DNA of 64,000 nt, from assembly GCA_965249225.1 (NCBI GenBank), contig CBDFLT010000009.1:91742-155741 (forward strand). Direction: 5' to 3'. A model generated the notes under the pieces. The model did not search any database. It was not told the DNA's origin and saw only the letters and a program-made list of their open reading frames with translations. This stretch comes from Dehalococcoidia bacterium (GTDB lineage Bacteria > Chloroflexota > Dehalococcoidia > Lucifugimonadales > G963668185). Below, in pieces: positions 54,497 through 64,000 of this stretch (position 1 is the first letter of the stretch; each line of letters opens with the position of its first letter). The position numbers and the translations under genes were made by a program.

Positions 54497-54697
54497 TCAG
54501 TCTTCGAGTTTCTCGGCCGAGTCCAGGTTGTGCAGGTATTTATTTCCCTCGCCAACTCCGTCCACGATCACAACTTCGTGAACGTAGACCTCCGTGGACT
54601 CAACGTACTCGGTCTCGCCGCTGGTCTCGACCATCAGGCCGCTGATGGTCTTGAACCGAATCCCCGGCTCTATGCTTTCCATCTCCGAGTACTTCAA
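54497..54697 (-). CDS. Hypothetical small acidic protein (66 aa)
   Basis: A TTG start lies 5 nt after the strong SD GGAGGGAGGAA. I recognised no family. Confidence 0.45.
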   Translation of the reverse strand: MKYSEMESIEPGIRFKTISGLMVETSGETEYVESTEVYVHEVVIVDGVGEGNKYLHNLDSAEKLED

Positions 54698-54826
54698 CGG
54701 GCTTCCTCCCTCCGGACGAAAAAGTACCTAGATAACGAGATTATCCGCGGGCGGCCTCCTACGCTCCCGTGGCGCTCTGACCCGGCCACCGGGACTATTG
54801 TACAAGCGGGCGACCGGCTGGACAAG

Positions 54827-55396
54827 GTGAATGGCGGAGCGATAGCATTGAACCTCAATCCATCCCGGACCGGTGGACCCGTGCAAGAAGACATTAACTA
54901 CTGCCAGAGGTGCGGCGGACGGCTGGTCGAGAAAGAGCTGGATAACCAGCACCGGCCCCACTGCGAGAACTGCGGCTACGTGGTCTTCCTGGACCCGAAG
55001 GTCGCAGCAGTCGTGCTGGTGTCCAAGGACCGTAAGCTGGTCATGGTACGGAGGGCTATCGAACCAGCCATAGGTCGATGGTCGTTCCCATCGGGCTACG
55101 TGGACCGGGGGGAAGTAGTCGAAGATGCGGCGCGCCGGGAGGTAAAAGAGGAGACGGGGATCGACGTGGAGCTCACCGATTTCGTCGGCCTGTACTCCAG
55201 AACCGGCAGCCTCGTGATACTGGCCGCGTACGCCGCAGATGCCGTGGGGGGAACCCTTAACCCCGGCTCGGAGGCCCAGGAAGTGGCGCTCTTCTCCCCC
55301 GCTGAGTTACCGCCGTTGCCCTTCCCTCACGACGACCAGATCATCCAGGACTGGACGGCCCTCAAATCCGGTAGAGACCGAGTGCGCCCGTCCTAG
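54827..55396 (+). CDS. Nudix hydrolase with an N-terminal C4 zinc ribbon (NudC-like architecture)
   Basis: It has CQRCGGRL...HCENCGY followed by the Nudix box SGYVDRGEVVEDAARREVKEETGI. The start is uncertain (GTG 54827, TTG 54848 or GTG 54881). The tracked upstream extension was rejected. Confidence 0.75.
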   Translation: MNGGAIALNLNPSRTGGPVQEDINYCQRCGGRLVEKELDNQHRPHCENCGYVVFLDPKVAAVVLVSKDRKLVMVRRAIEPAIGRWSFPSGYVDRGEVVEDAARREVKEETGIDVELTDFVGLYSRTGSLVILAAYAADAVGGTLNPGSEAQEVALFSPAELPPLPFPHDDQIIQDWTALKSGRDRVRPS

Positions 55397-55421
55397 GGAC
55401 TCGCTCAAAATCACCCGGCGG

Positions 55422-55850
55422 CTAAACCCGCCCCCAGGTGGCCACTCTTTCCGGGACGATCCGCAGAACGGTACAGCCCTCCTCAAGCATCTCCACGTAC
55501 TGAGGGTACTTGGCCCTGAGAAGGGACTCGGCATGCGATCGCTCCTCGCCGCCATCCAGAACTGCTGCGCGTCCCTGGACCATGACGTAGGCGAGACGGC
55601 TCCAGTCTTCCGAATAGTCATCGATAACCAGGGCCACACTCGCGTTTTCAGAGATGTTTCGCACTCGCTTCAGACGGGGGGACGACACGCGCTTGGGTTT
55701 CAGGTCCAGTGCAGAGTAGAGGCATGTGCCGTCGAACGCGTAGCACACCGGGATAACGTGGGGCACACCCGAGGCAGCGGCAGTGGCCAGCCGGCCGACC
55801 CGGTGTCCGGCGATAAACTCTTCTACTCGGGGGTCGAGTGAGATTCCCAT
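55422..55850 (-). CDS. Pyridoxamine 5'-phosphate oxidase-family (F420-dependent class) protein
   Basis: The 142-aa ORF contains FIAGHRVGRLATAAASGVPHVIPVCYAFDG...VALVIDDYSEDWSRLAYVMVQG. Confidence 0.7.
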   Translation of the reverse strand: MGISLDPRVEEFIAGHRVGRLATAAASGVPHVIPVCYAFDGTCLYSALDLKPKRVSSPRLKRVRNISENASVALVIDDYSEDWSRLAYVMVQGRAAVLDGGEERSHAESLLRAKYPQYVEMLEEGCTVLRIVPERVATWGRV

Positions 55851-55918
55851 AGCCGCTTAGCAGTCCCGGTCTTCCCAGGACTAGATCCTTTCCAGATATA
55901 GGAAGCTCGAACCACGTC

Positions 55919-56722
55919 TTAAACCCCCTGCCAGACACGCCTGCCGCGCCGACGCACAAAGCGGCCGAACCCCGGCTCGGGGAAGTGGCCCGCCGACACC
56001 AGGGACCCGTCCGCCTCAAGCATGTCCACCACCTCGAGGCGGGTCTTCCGGGAACGGATGTGGTCCATATCGAACTCGGGATTCCACCTGGTGTGGTGGG
56101 CCTGGGCCGGGCTGTGAGCGACATCACCTAGAATAAACCCCCGCTGGCCCGCGGAGGTTATCCTGATAGAGATATGGCCTGGGGTGTGGCCCGAGGTATC
56201 CACCGTTTTGAGCTCGTCGGTGAGATTGTAGTCACCTTCGATCAAGTCCATGATTTTCAGCTCGTCCAGCGGCACGACCTGGCTGCCGATGTACTCCTCG
56301 CGTTGTAGCACTGAAGGCTGAGTCCAGAACTCCCAGTCCGCCTTGGGGACAAGGTAGCGCGCCCTCGGGAAGGTGGGCCGTCCGCCGGTCAGGTTCCATC
56401 CCACGTGGTCAGAGTGAAGGTGGGTCATCACCACCAGATCCACCGACTGCCGGTCGACGCCCTTCCGCTGCATGTCCTCCAGAAGCTGTCCATCCTCGTC
56501 CTGCAGCCCCGTATCGACGATTATCAGCTTTCCACCCGACCGCACGGCCACGGAGCCATATCTGGGGTGGATGTGGCCGTTTTCGTCGAGCAGATCGGGA
56601 TACTCCGACCGCCAGTGCTCCCTGGCGCTTTCGGGAAACGTGGGCGCCGGCTCCACATCACCGTGGCCGTCGGTCAGGGAGACCATCTCGACGTTCCCGA
56701 CTCTCACGACATACTTGGGCAT
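55919..56722 (-). CDS. MBL-fold metallo-hydrolase
   Basis: It has the HxHxDH motif THLHSDHVGW and downstream His/Asp ligands. Confidence 0.8.
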   Translation of the reverse strand: MPKYVVRVGNVEMVSLTDGHGDVEPAPTFPESAREHWRSEYPDLLDENGHIHPRYGSVAVRSGGKLIIVDTGLQDEDGQLLEDMQRKGVDRQSVDLVVMTHLHSDHVGWNLTGGRPTFPRARYLVPKADWEFWTQPSVLQREEYIGSQVVPLDELKIMDLIEGDYNLTDELKTVDTSGHTPGHISIRITSAGQRGFILGDVAHSPAQAHHTRWNPEFDMDHIRSRKTRLEVVDMLEADGSLVSAGHFPEPGFGRFVRRRGRRVWQGV

Positions 56723-56872
56723 GGACTACTTCAAAGCCTCAGATGAGCGCGCCTTTAGCGGCTGGCCTGGAAAGCGGCCGCCAATGACCATCATTCTACC
56801 CATACCGCCCTGGTCATTCAAACCCGGAATAGCGAGGCCTTCGAGACCGGCAGCATAGGTACGAGACCCCCA

Positions 56873-56881
56873 TGCTATACT
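56873..56881 (+). promoter_or_regulatory. Extended -10 element (TGCTATACT) upstream of selD
   Basis: The motif ends 55 nt upstream of GTG 56937. Confidence 0.3.
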
Positions 56882-56936
56882 CTCTGGCAAGGGTTAGCAC
56901 AACCCGGTAAATGCTCCCGGAATGGAAGGAGATAAG

Positions 56937-57998
56937 GTGGCAAAGACGGGTGACCGGATCCGCCTGACCAGCCTGGCCAGCTGCGCAGGTTGAGCCTCCA
57001 AGCTTAGTCCAGAAGACCTGGCGCAGGTCCTGCGTCAGCTGCCGGAAGTCGCCGATCCCAACCTGCTTGTCGGGCCGGGTACAAAGGACGACGCCGCGGT
57101 ATACAAGTTGGGCCCCGATCTGGCGCTGGTCCAAACCGTGGACTTCTTCCCGCCCATCGTCGACGAGCCCTTCACGTACGGAGAGATCGCGGCCGCCAAC
57201 GCCCTGAGCGACATTTACGCCATGGGTGGCAGGCCTCTTTTGGCCCTCAACATCGTAGCGTATCCGGCCGACCTCCCAATGGCCATCTTGGGCGAGATCC
57301 TGAAGGGTGGGGCATCGAAGGCGGCCGAGGCCGGCGTCCTCATCACGGGGGGACATACCGTGGACGATAAGGAGCCCAAGTATGGGATGGCCGTCACCGG
57401 TCTCATCAAGCCCGGCTCCGAGGTCACCAACGCCGGCGCGCAGGCTGGGGATGTCTTAGTGCTGACCAAGCCTATCGGGACGGGGATTATCACCACGGCC
57501 GGCAAGGCACAGCAGGCGGCCCCATCGGTGCTCGACAACGCCATCCAGGTTATGAGCACCCTCAACCGGGCGGCCGCAGAGGCCATGACGAATGTCGGCG
57601 TCAACGCATGCACCGACGTGACCGGGTTCGGCCTGCTGGGCCACCTGCGGCTGATGCTCGAGGCGAGCAACGTCGGCGCCCGAATAAGGCTGGGCGCAGT
57701 CCCTGTGCTGGAGGGCGCGGTGGAGTTGACCGCACAGGGTTTTGTCCCGGGCGGGACCAACCGTAACCTGGACTCCCTCGACGGCCTGGTGGACTGGCAC
57801 CCGGCCATCGGCGAGGCTTCCAAGCTGCTGCTGTGCGACGCCCAGACGTCGGGCGGACTGCTCATCTCGATCTCAGCCGATAGGCGGGACCTGCTTCTCG
57901 ACACGCTACAAAAATCCGGCGTCGGTACCATCGCCGTGATCGGAGAGATCGCGGCCGCCGGCGCCCTCGGCGACAAGCTCGTCCAGGTAGCTCCCTAG
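56937..57998 (+). CDS. selD: Selenide, water dikinase (selenophosphate synthetase) with in-frame UGA (Sec) at 56991-56993
   Basis: The tracked ORF starts at 57108. The same frame upstream reads VAKTGDRIRLTSLASCAG-TGA-ASKLSPEDLAQVLRQLPEVADPNLLVGPGTKDDAAVYKLGPDLA. The TGA aligns with the catalytic Cys/Sec of the SelD N-terminal loop. GGAAGGAGA lies 4 nt before GTG 56937. Confidence 0.85.
57015..57029 (+). promoter_or_regulatory. Candidate SECIS stem-loop downstream of the selD UGA
   Basis: The GACCTG-GCG-CAGGTC hairpin starts 22 nt after the UGA. Confidence 0.35.
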
Positions 57999-58081
57999 CT
58001 AGCCGGGCCTCCGTGCCTTCTGGTATGTTTAACTACGCTTGACCCAAAGCGCGCCCAATCGCCCTGTGTCATCGAGACCCC

Positions 58082-59752
58082 ATGACTATCAAGAGCGACA
58101 TCGCGGAGCTTCTGCGCAAGGCCGTGGCTGAGGCCATATCGAGAGACCTTCTCCCGGACACGGACTCAGACGACGCGGCGGTAGAACAGCCCCAGAGCCC
58201 GGAGCACGGCGACTTCGCGTCCAGCCTCCCTCTAAAGCTGGCACGCCCGATGCGCATGGACCCGATGACTATCGCGGAAACGGTGGCCGGCCTGATCCCG
58301 GTGGAAGGCTTCCTGGGAAAGGTCTCAGCCGCGCCCCCGGGCTTCATCAACTTCGCGCTGAACGGCCGGTGGCTGGCCCAGCAGGTCGACGTTATCCGAA
58401 AATCCGGCCCCCTGTACGGGAACCTGGACATGGGCAAGGGCCTGAGGGTGCAGGTGGAGTTCGTCAGCGTCAACCCCACCGGTCCGCTGCACGTTGGCCA
58501 CGCCAGGGGCGCCGTCTTCGGAAGCACCCTCGCCGACATCCTCACCGCGGCCGGCTACGAGGTCCAGAAGGAGTACTACGTCAACGACGCCGGCACGCAA
58601 ATGGACCTGTTCGGCCGGACCCTGCACGCACGTTACCTTCAAGCTCTAGGTGAGCAGGCCCAGGTGCCGTCCGACGGATACCAGGGCAGCTATATGGTCG
58701 ACCTGGCGGAGGAGGTGAAGGCGGAGCACGGCGATCGGTTCCTCCATATTGACGAAGGGGAAGCCACTGCCGAGCTCACTGAGATAGGCCTGGACAAGAT
58801 GCTCCAGGCCATTCGCGAAGACCTGGAAAAGCTGAGGGTAGAGTTCGACGTATGGTTCAGCGAGCGCAGCCTGTTCACAGACGGCCAATATGAACGGGCC
58901 ATGAGGCTGTTGGAGGACCGGGGTTTCGTAGTGGAAAGGGAAGGGGCCAGATGGTTCACGTCGACGGAGCTGGGCGACGACAAGGATAACGTCCTGGTCC
59001 GTAGCACAGGGGCACCAACCTACTTCGCCTCGGACGTGGCCTACCACTTTGGAAAATTCTTCGAGCGCAAATTCGACCGGGTCATCGATGTGTGGGGAGC
59101 CGACCACCAAGGGCATGTATCACGTATGCACGCGGTCACAGAGGCGCTGGGCGTGCCATCGGAAGGGCTGACACTGATCATCTCCCAGATGGTTTCCCTG
59201 AAGAGTGGTGGCCAGGTGATGCGGGTCTCCAAACGCACCGGCGAGTTGATCACGCTTCGAGAGCTGATCGCAGAGGTAGGCCCCGACGCGTGTCGCTTTT
59301 TCTTCCTGTCCCGGTCCCCCGAAAGCCAGATGGACTTCGACATAGAACTCGCCAGGAAGGAATCGTCGGAAAACCCAGTCTACTACGTCCAGTACGCCCA
59401 CGCCCGCATCGCCAGCATCCTCAGGCTTGCGCAAGAAAAGGGGATCGAATACGAGGACGGGGAGCCTGCGCTGCTGGTACACGAGGCCGAGCTGGCGCTG
59501 CTGCGCAAGATGGTGATCCTCCCGGAGCTTATAGAGACGATGGCCCGCAAACTGGAGCCACACCACCTGGCCCACTATGCGATGGACCTGGCGACCGCCT
59601 TCCACTGGTTCTATCAGCAGTGCCGGGTGGTGTCGAGTCGAGCCGAAGATGCGCGGCTGACCAAGGCACGGCTGAAGCTGGTGGAGGCCGCCAAAATCGT
59701 GCTGGCACGCTGCCTGGGACTTATGTCGATGAGCGCGCCGGAGGAGATGTAG
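58082..59752 (+). CDS. argS: Arginine--tRNA ligase
   Basis: The 556-aa ORF has the class I motifs NPTGPLHVGHARG and MRVSKRTG, plus an anticodon-binding C-terminus ending in M. Confidence 0.93.
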   Translation: MTIKSDIAELLRKAVAEAISRDLLPDTDSDDAAVEQPQSPEHGDFASSLPLKLARPMRMDPMTIAETVAGLIPVEGFLGKVSAAPPGFINFALNGRWLAQQVDVIRKSGPLYGNLDMGKGLRVQVEFVSVNPTGPLHVGHARGAVFGSTLADILTAAGYEVQKEYYVNDAGTQMDLFGRTLHARYLQALGEQAQVPSDGYQGSYMVDLAEEVKAEHGDRFLHIDEGEATAELTEIGLDKMLQAIREDLEKLRVEFDVWFSERSLFTDGQYERAMRLLEDRGFVVEREGARWFTSTELGDDKDNVLVRSTGAPTYFASDVAYHFGKFFERKFDRVIDVWGADHQGHVSRMHAVTEALGVPSEGLTLIISQMVSLKSGGQVMRVSKRTGELITLRELIAEVGPDACRFFFLSRSPESQMDFDIELARKESSENPVYYVQYAHARIASILRLAQEKGIEYEDGEPALLVHEAELALLRKMVILPELIETMARKLEPHHLAHYAMDLATAFHWFYQQCRVVSSRAEDARLTKARLKLVEAAKIVLARCLGLMSMSAPEEM

Positions 59753-59762
59753 GGCGACCGCA

Positions 59763-60275
59763 CTACTCCAGGTCGCCCTGACTCTTGAAGCGTCGAGTTT
59801 TCTCGATGTAGACGTCGCAGTAGTACTTGATGCGCTCCATATGCCGTTCCTTGACCCGCCCCTTTACGCGACCGGGAACGCCGAACACGAGGGAGCGCTC
59901 CGGGATCTTCTCGTCGTCGAGAACCACAGCGCCTGAGGCCACCAGGCTGTCCTCGCCGATCTCCACTCCATCGTTCACGATGGCGCCGTTGCCTATGAGC
60001 GACCTGTCTCCCACTGTCCTGGCGTGGCACAGCACGCAGTGGCCTATGACCACGTTGTCCCCGATGACCACGTCCGCATCGCCATGTAACACGGAGTTGT
60101 CCTGAATGCAGGTGAACCTCCCGATAGTGATTTTCCCCGTGTCCCCACGTACCACGGCACCGGGCCACACGCTGGAGCCCTCCCCTATCTCCACGTCGCC
60201 GATCACATAGGCGAACTCGCTGACGAACGCCGTGGGATGAATCCTGGGGTTTATGCCGTCGAGACCTCGTATCAC
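59763..60275 (-). CDS. Gamma-carbonic-anhydrase-like / hexapeptide-repeat (LbH) protein
   Basis: The 170-aa ORF shows left-handed beta-helix repeats (VIGDVEIGEGSSVWPGAVVRGD...). Confidence 0.8.
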   Translation of the reverse strand: MIRGLDGINPRIHPTAFVSEFAYVIGDVEIGEGSSVWPGAVVRGDTGKITIGRFTCIQDNSVLHGDADVVIGDNVVIGHCVLCHARTVGDRSLIGNGAIVNDGVEIGEDSLVASGAVVLDDEKIPERSLVFGVPGRVKGRVKERHMERIKYYCDVYIEKTRRFKSQGDLE

Positions 60276-60485
60276 GGCTGCTCCTCCTCAACCTGAGATT
60301 GCTTCCAGCGTAATATACCACTCAACGTCACCCGGCCCACTAGCTGCCCTAACCCACCGGGTCCACACAGGGCCTACGCCTGCAAGGCCATGGGACCGCA
60401 TTCATGAGAAGGAAAGTCGCGCCCCTCGCAACAGAGGGACACAGTTGAAACCGCAGCCAGCGAGGGGGCCCACACGCATCGGCGG

Positions 60486-63057
60486 TTAACCGGAGAGTGG
60501 TACCAGCTCGTTCACAATGTTCAGCACCTGGTCGATGTCGAAGGGCTTTGGGAGCACCCGGTCGAGCCCGGTCCTCGCCATCTGCTCCTCACCTATGCTC
60601 ACACCCCAGCCGGTTACCATGATTACGGGGACATAGCTCTTGTGCTGTTTGATGGCCCTTACCACATCCCAACCGCACATCCCTGGCATTCCCAGATCAG
60701 TGAACACCACGTCGAACTCACCCTCCTGGAAGGCTGAGACTCCCGCTTCACCGTTAGGAGAAAGCGTCACGCTATGGCCGTCCAAGAAGAGTATGTCTCT
60801 CAGCGTCTCGCGGAGAAGCTCCTCATCTTCGATCACCAGCACGTTGACCGTCTTGGTAGCCGTGGGAGCTGCAGGCTCCTCCTCCTCCGCAGTTTCCCTC
60901 TCTGACGAGATGGGCAACGCGATGCGGACCGTTGTGCCAATGCCTTCCTCGCTGTCTATGTCGATGGTCCCTCCCTGGCCGGAAACGACCCCATAGGCCA
61001 CACTCAGTCCCAGGCCTGTACCATCGGTCTTGCTGGTAAAGAACGGGTCGAAGACCTTTTGGCGCAGCTCAGGACTCATGCCAACGCCCGTGTCCGAGAC
61101 GGCGATATAGACCTGATCGGAGGAGACCCCTGTGACGACGCTTAATCTGCCATCGCCCGATATGGCCTCATAGGCGTTGATCATCACGTTGGTCAGGGCC
61201 TCGCGAAGCTCCGGATAGCTACCGAAGGCGGAGACGGTGTCGCCCCGATGGACTTCGACCTCTATGACCTGTCCTTTGCTGTTGGCCTCGTCAGACCACT
61301 TATGCCTGGTCAGCTCCAGCACATCCTCTACAAGCTGATTAACATCCACGGGACGGAGCTCAATGTCCGAGTGTATGCGGGAGAAGTCGAGGATTCGTTT
61401 GACCATCTGGGCCGAGTCGCGCGCCGCTTTCTCGATCAACTTGAGAGAACGGAGGTGAGGCTCGAAGCCCACCTGGTCGAGCAGCAACTGAGTCCTTCCA
61501 AGGATGAGAGCCAGTGAGTTGTTAAAGTCGTGCGCCACCCCGCTGGCCAACTCTCCCATAGCCCTCAGCCGCTCGGAGCGGATCATCTGCTCCTGGGTGC
61601 TCTTGAGCGTTTCGATGGTGCGCTCCACACGTTCGTAGAGCTGCGCGTTGGCAACCGCCGGTGCGATCTGCGCGGCCAACCGCTCAAGGACACGCTGCTG
61701 GTGCGAGCCAAAGACGTTGGGCTGAATGCTCCACAGAAGGAACGCTCCGATGGCCCGTCCCTTCGATATGAGCGGCACCCTGATTCCGCACCTGAGTCCG
61801 GCCTCGTACATGCCCTCGTCTTCGGGGAACCGTCGATGTTGGGCAAGGTCCGGCTCAACGTGGGCTTGAGCGTTGGATATGACCCATTCCACGCCAGTGC
61901 CTCCCAAGGGGTGATACTCCCTCCAGCCATGGGTATCGGAACGCCAGCCCGACCGTGTACGCATCGATGGCGAACCGAAGATCTTCGGTCGCGGGCACGA
62001 TGGACATCCGGTCGAATTCAACCAGCCGCCTGACGCCGGAGGTGAACCTCTCGTACACCTCCTGAAGCCGCAGGCTCGACGCCATTATGCTGGCGACCTC
62101 GTCGACCACCTCAAGCTCCCTGGTCCGCTCCTGGGCCTCCCGGTACAATCTGGCGTTCTCGATCCCAGGCGCGACAAGCGGAGCAAGCCGTTCGACGATG
62201 GCCTGCTCCCGCCCGCGAAACGCACCCGTTCCGCGGCTTATGAAGTTAAGGGTCCCCACGACCTTATCACCGGCAACGAGGGGAACGCGAATCAGCGAGC
62301 GCAGCCCTTCATCCAGCAAAGCCCTCTCATCGGCGAACGTCGCTTCCGTCTCGAGATCGTTGCGAACAAGGACCTTCTTACTCGTGTTGACCCAACCGGT
62401 GCCGCTGCCCTCGAAGCCGCACTTTAGCCACTTCTCGGACCGCCCGAGTTTCGGGCCCAAAAGGTCAACAACCTAAAAGCCGCGGAAGCCGGGTTCCACC
62501 AGGTGAATTGCCGCGCCGTCGAAGTCGATAAGCCTTCGCAGCTCCGAGACGAAGCGCTCGGAGACATCGTCCAGGTTCAGGCTCGAGGCTACGACGCCGG
62601 CCGCCTGGTAAATCAGGGTCAGCTCAGCCGCCGATGTCTGGACATCTGAGTGCTTGGCCTCTTCCTCCGAGACTCCGCGTGCAGAGCAAACGACTGAGCG
62701 TAGTTTGCCCGCCTGGTCTCGGAGAGGTAAAAGGGTAAGCCGGTATGCCGACACCGTCCCCTGGCCGTCGACACTCGCCACGAATGAGAAGGGCTCCGTG
62801 CCTTCGGCGGTGCGGCGCCAAGCGCGCAGCTTGAGCTCGCTCTGGTCAGGGAATATATCGCCTATGTGGCGCCCGATGACATCCGAGGCGCCAGCCCCCA
62901 GAAAGCGTTCACCCGCGTAGTTGGCCCACTGACACAGTCCCCTGGCGTCGCAGATATAGACGAGATCATCGGAGACGTCTAGAACCTCCGCTAGAGCGCG
63001 GGCAGGTTCCCAAGAGACGTCCTGCCGGTTAGACCTCAACCGAACCACCGCGAGCAA
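60486..63057 (-). pseudogene. Hybrid sensor histidine kinase (PAS-GAF-GAF-HisKA-HATPase-REC) interrupted by an in-frame TAG and a frameshift
   Basis: ORF 62473..63057 (PAS plus the start of GAF) ends at a TAG (62473-62475). That TAG is in frame with ORF 61855..62460, which continues the same GAF domain. ORFs 61855..62460 and 60486..62021 overlap in different frames inside the second GAF domain. The downstream part has the H-box GVAHDFNNSL, HATPase motifs and a receiver domain (DVVFTDLGMPGM). Confidence 0.8.
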
Positions 63058-63456
63058 TGCTCCTCGGTCTCAAGTCCTCTAATGCGTTTGTTGAGTCGGG
63101 CACAGTCTAGCACATGTACCGACATCGGATTCGGCACTCTCTAAGGGGCTAAGCGGCCTTTTCCTCCACCGAATCCCCCGGTAATGCAAGCTATCAGCTA
63201 TATGATGACACCATATTAACGGGTGTCAACCTCCACGCGGCAACCGTGCTCGCCCCCATCAATAAACCACCCTCTTGCATGGGAGCACCCAGTGTCCCTC
63301 CCGTCGGGTCTGGCCTCGTGAACCGAGCCCTTTCAGCCACGTGGGCGGACATGGGATATGTGCGTACCGCCACCGAACGGGTGCGTTCGAGCAACAGAGC
63401 GGATATAATATCCTCATGTGACACGGGAGCCGAGGGCCCCCGCTTTCTGAGGATCG

Positions 63457-64000
63457 ATGGCCAGCAGAATCCGCTACGCTTTACCATTCCTGCTCCTGCT
63501 TATGACGACTGCGGTCGCCTGCTCTTCCGGCTCTCCTTCGCCAACGCCCGAAGCCACCCCAACGGTGGCGTCCATATCGGCGCCCGAACCCACGGCCACG
63601 GCCACCCCCACCGCTACCCCAGCTCCCACTCCATCCCCCACACCCGCGCCATCTCCCATTCCAACGCCCACGTCGGAGCCAACGGTGTCTCCCGCTCGGC
63701 AGGAAGGGCTCCTGTTTGAATATATGTACGCCGTCCGGCTGCTGGAGTCGGGCCTGTACGAGGAGGCCATACCCCAGTTCAGCGTTGTGATCAGGCGGTT
63801 GCCCACGCTGGCGAAGGCATGGCATGGCCGCGGACTGGCCTACTACCACGAGGAGCAGCTCGATTTCGCCATGGAGGACTTCGATGAGGCCATTGCGCGG
63901 AAGCCTGAGTTCGCAGACGCCTACAAGAACCGCGGTGTGTTGTACAAGGACCTAGGTGAGAAGGAAAAGGCCATCGCCGACCTCGAGAGAGCGCTCTCCC
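63457..64000 (+). CDS. TPR-repeat lipoprotein with a Pro/Thr-rich linker; 3' end runs off the window
   Basis: Not in the ORF track because there is no stop in the window. My translation is MASRIRYALPFLLLLMTTAVAC (lipobox) SSGSPSPTPEATPTV...PTPTSEPTVSP, then TPR-like AWHGRGLAYYHEEQLDFAMEDFDEAIARKPEFADAYKNRGVLYKDLGEKEKAIADLERAL. Confidence 0.75.
   Translation, partial: MASRIRYALPFLLLLMTTAVACSSGSPSPTPEATPTVASISAPEPTATATPTATPAPTPSPTPAPSPIPTPTSEPTVSPARQEGLLFEYMYAVRLLESGLYEEAIPQFSVVIRRLPTLAKAWHGRGLAYYHEEQLDFAMEDFDEAIARKPEFADAYKNRGVLYKDLGEKEKAIADLERALS

Noticed and set aside
54353-54826. Long N-terminal extension of the Nudix ORF (tracked as 347 aa)
   Set aside because: The extension runs antisense to the cca 5' end and to the 66-aa gene and shows no protein-like pattern. 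The zinc ribbon plus Nudix module begins near 54880. Similar trims were applied to cinA (32776-32931), selA (40383-40499), rarA, ltaE, cca and fumC.
63194-63849. Several tracked ORFs on both strands (63194..63487, 63246..63719, 63474..63806, 63481..63849)
   Set aside because: They overlap the open-ended plus-frame gene starting at 63457, which has a lipoprotein signal, a PT linker and clear TPR repeats. The alternatives are Gly/Arg-rich shadow frames of the PT-linker DNA.

Overview
This is a high-GC (about 60% by eye, not computed), densely coding bacterial chromosomal segment made up mostly of housekeeping genes. All names come from my own reading of translated motifs, RNA secondary structure and synteny; no searches were run. 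Left end, minus strand: the canonical cluster tRNA-Thr/Tyr/Thr, tuf, rpmG, secE, nusG, rplK, rplA, rplJ. It is followed by larC, radA, clpC, an S1-domain protein carrying a 42-bp in-frame tandem repeat, and a stand-alone 5S rRNA gene with no 23S next to it. Middle: a HesB/IscA-like gene with a Gly/Cys tail, an M50 protease, tyrA-aroA-gmk, pepN, a frameshifted glycerate kinase, lutABC and a divergent ALDH/aminotransferase pair. Then come a short DUF3179-like lipoprotein, three tandem USP genes (one fused to a cNMP domain and broken), an AT-rich non-coding patch, tRNA-Sec (selC), trxA, a nifS-like gene and cinA. A tight operon follows (coaE, CbbQ/NorQ-like AAA+, CoA-type Nudix, 1091-aa VWA protein), then selA, smr and rarA. 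Right: a visibly lower-GC block of hypothetical genes, including a 914-aa multidomain orphan preceded by a promoter and a leader terminator. After it come ltaE, fumC, a REC-degenerate-GGDEF regulator, cca, a Nudix, an F420-type PPOX and an MBL hydrolase. selD is itself a selenoprotein, with an in-frame UGA upstream of the tracked ORF. The window ends with argS, a gamma-CA-like gene, a hybrid histidine kinase broken by a TAG and a frameshift, and an open-ended TPR lipoprotein that is missing from the ORF track. I saw no CRISPR array, transposase or integrase. At least four genes look disrupted by single-nucleotide indels or a nonsense codon, so consensus quality versus real gene decay needs checking. 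The most interesting candidates are the AAA+/Nudix/VWA operon, the orphan 914-aa gene with its leader, the selenium machinery, and a G-rich repeat present in three copies.
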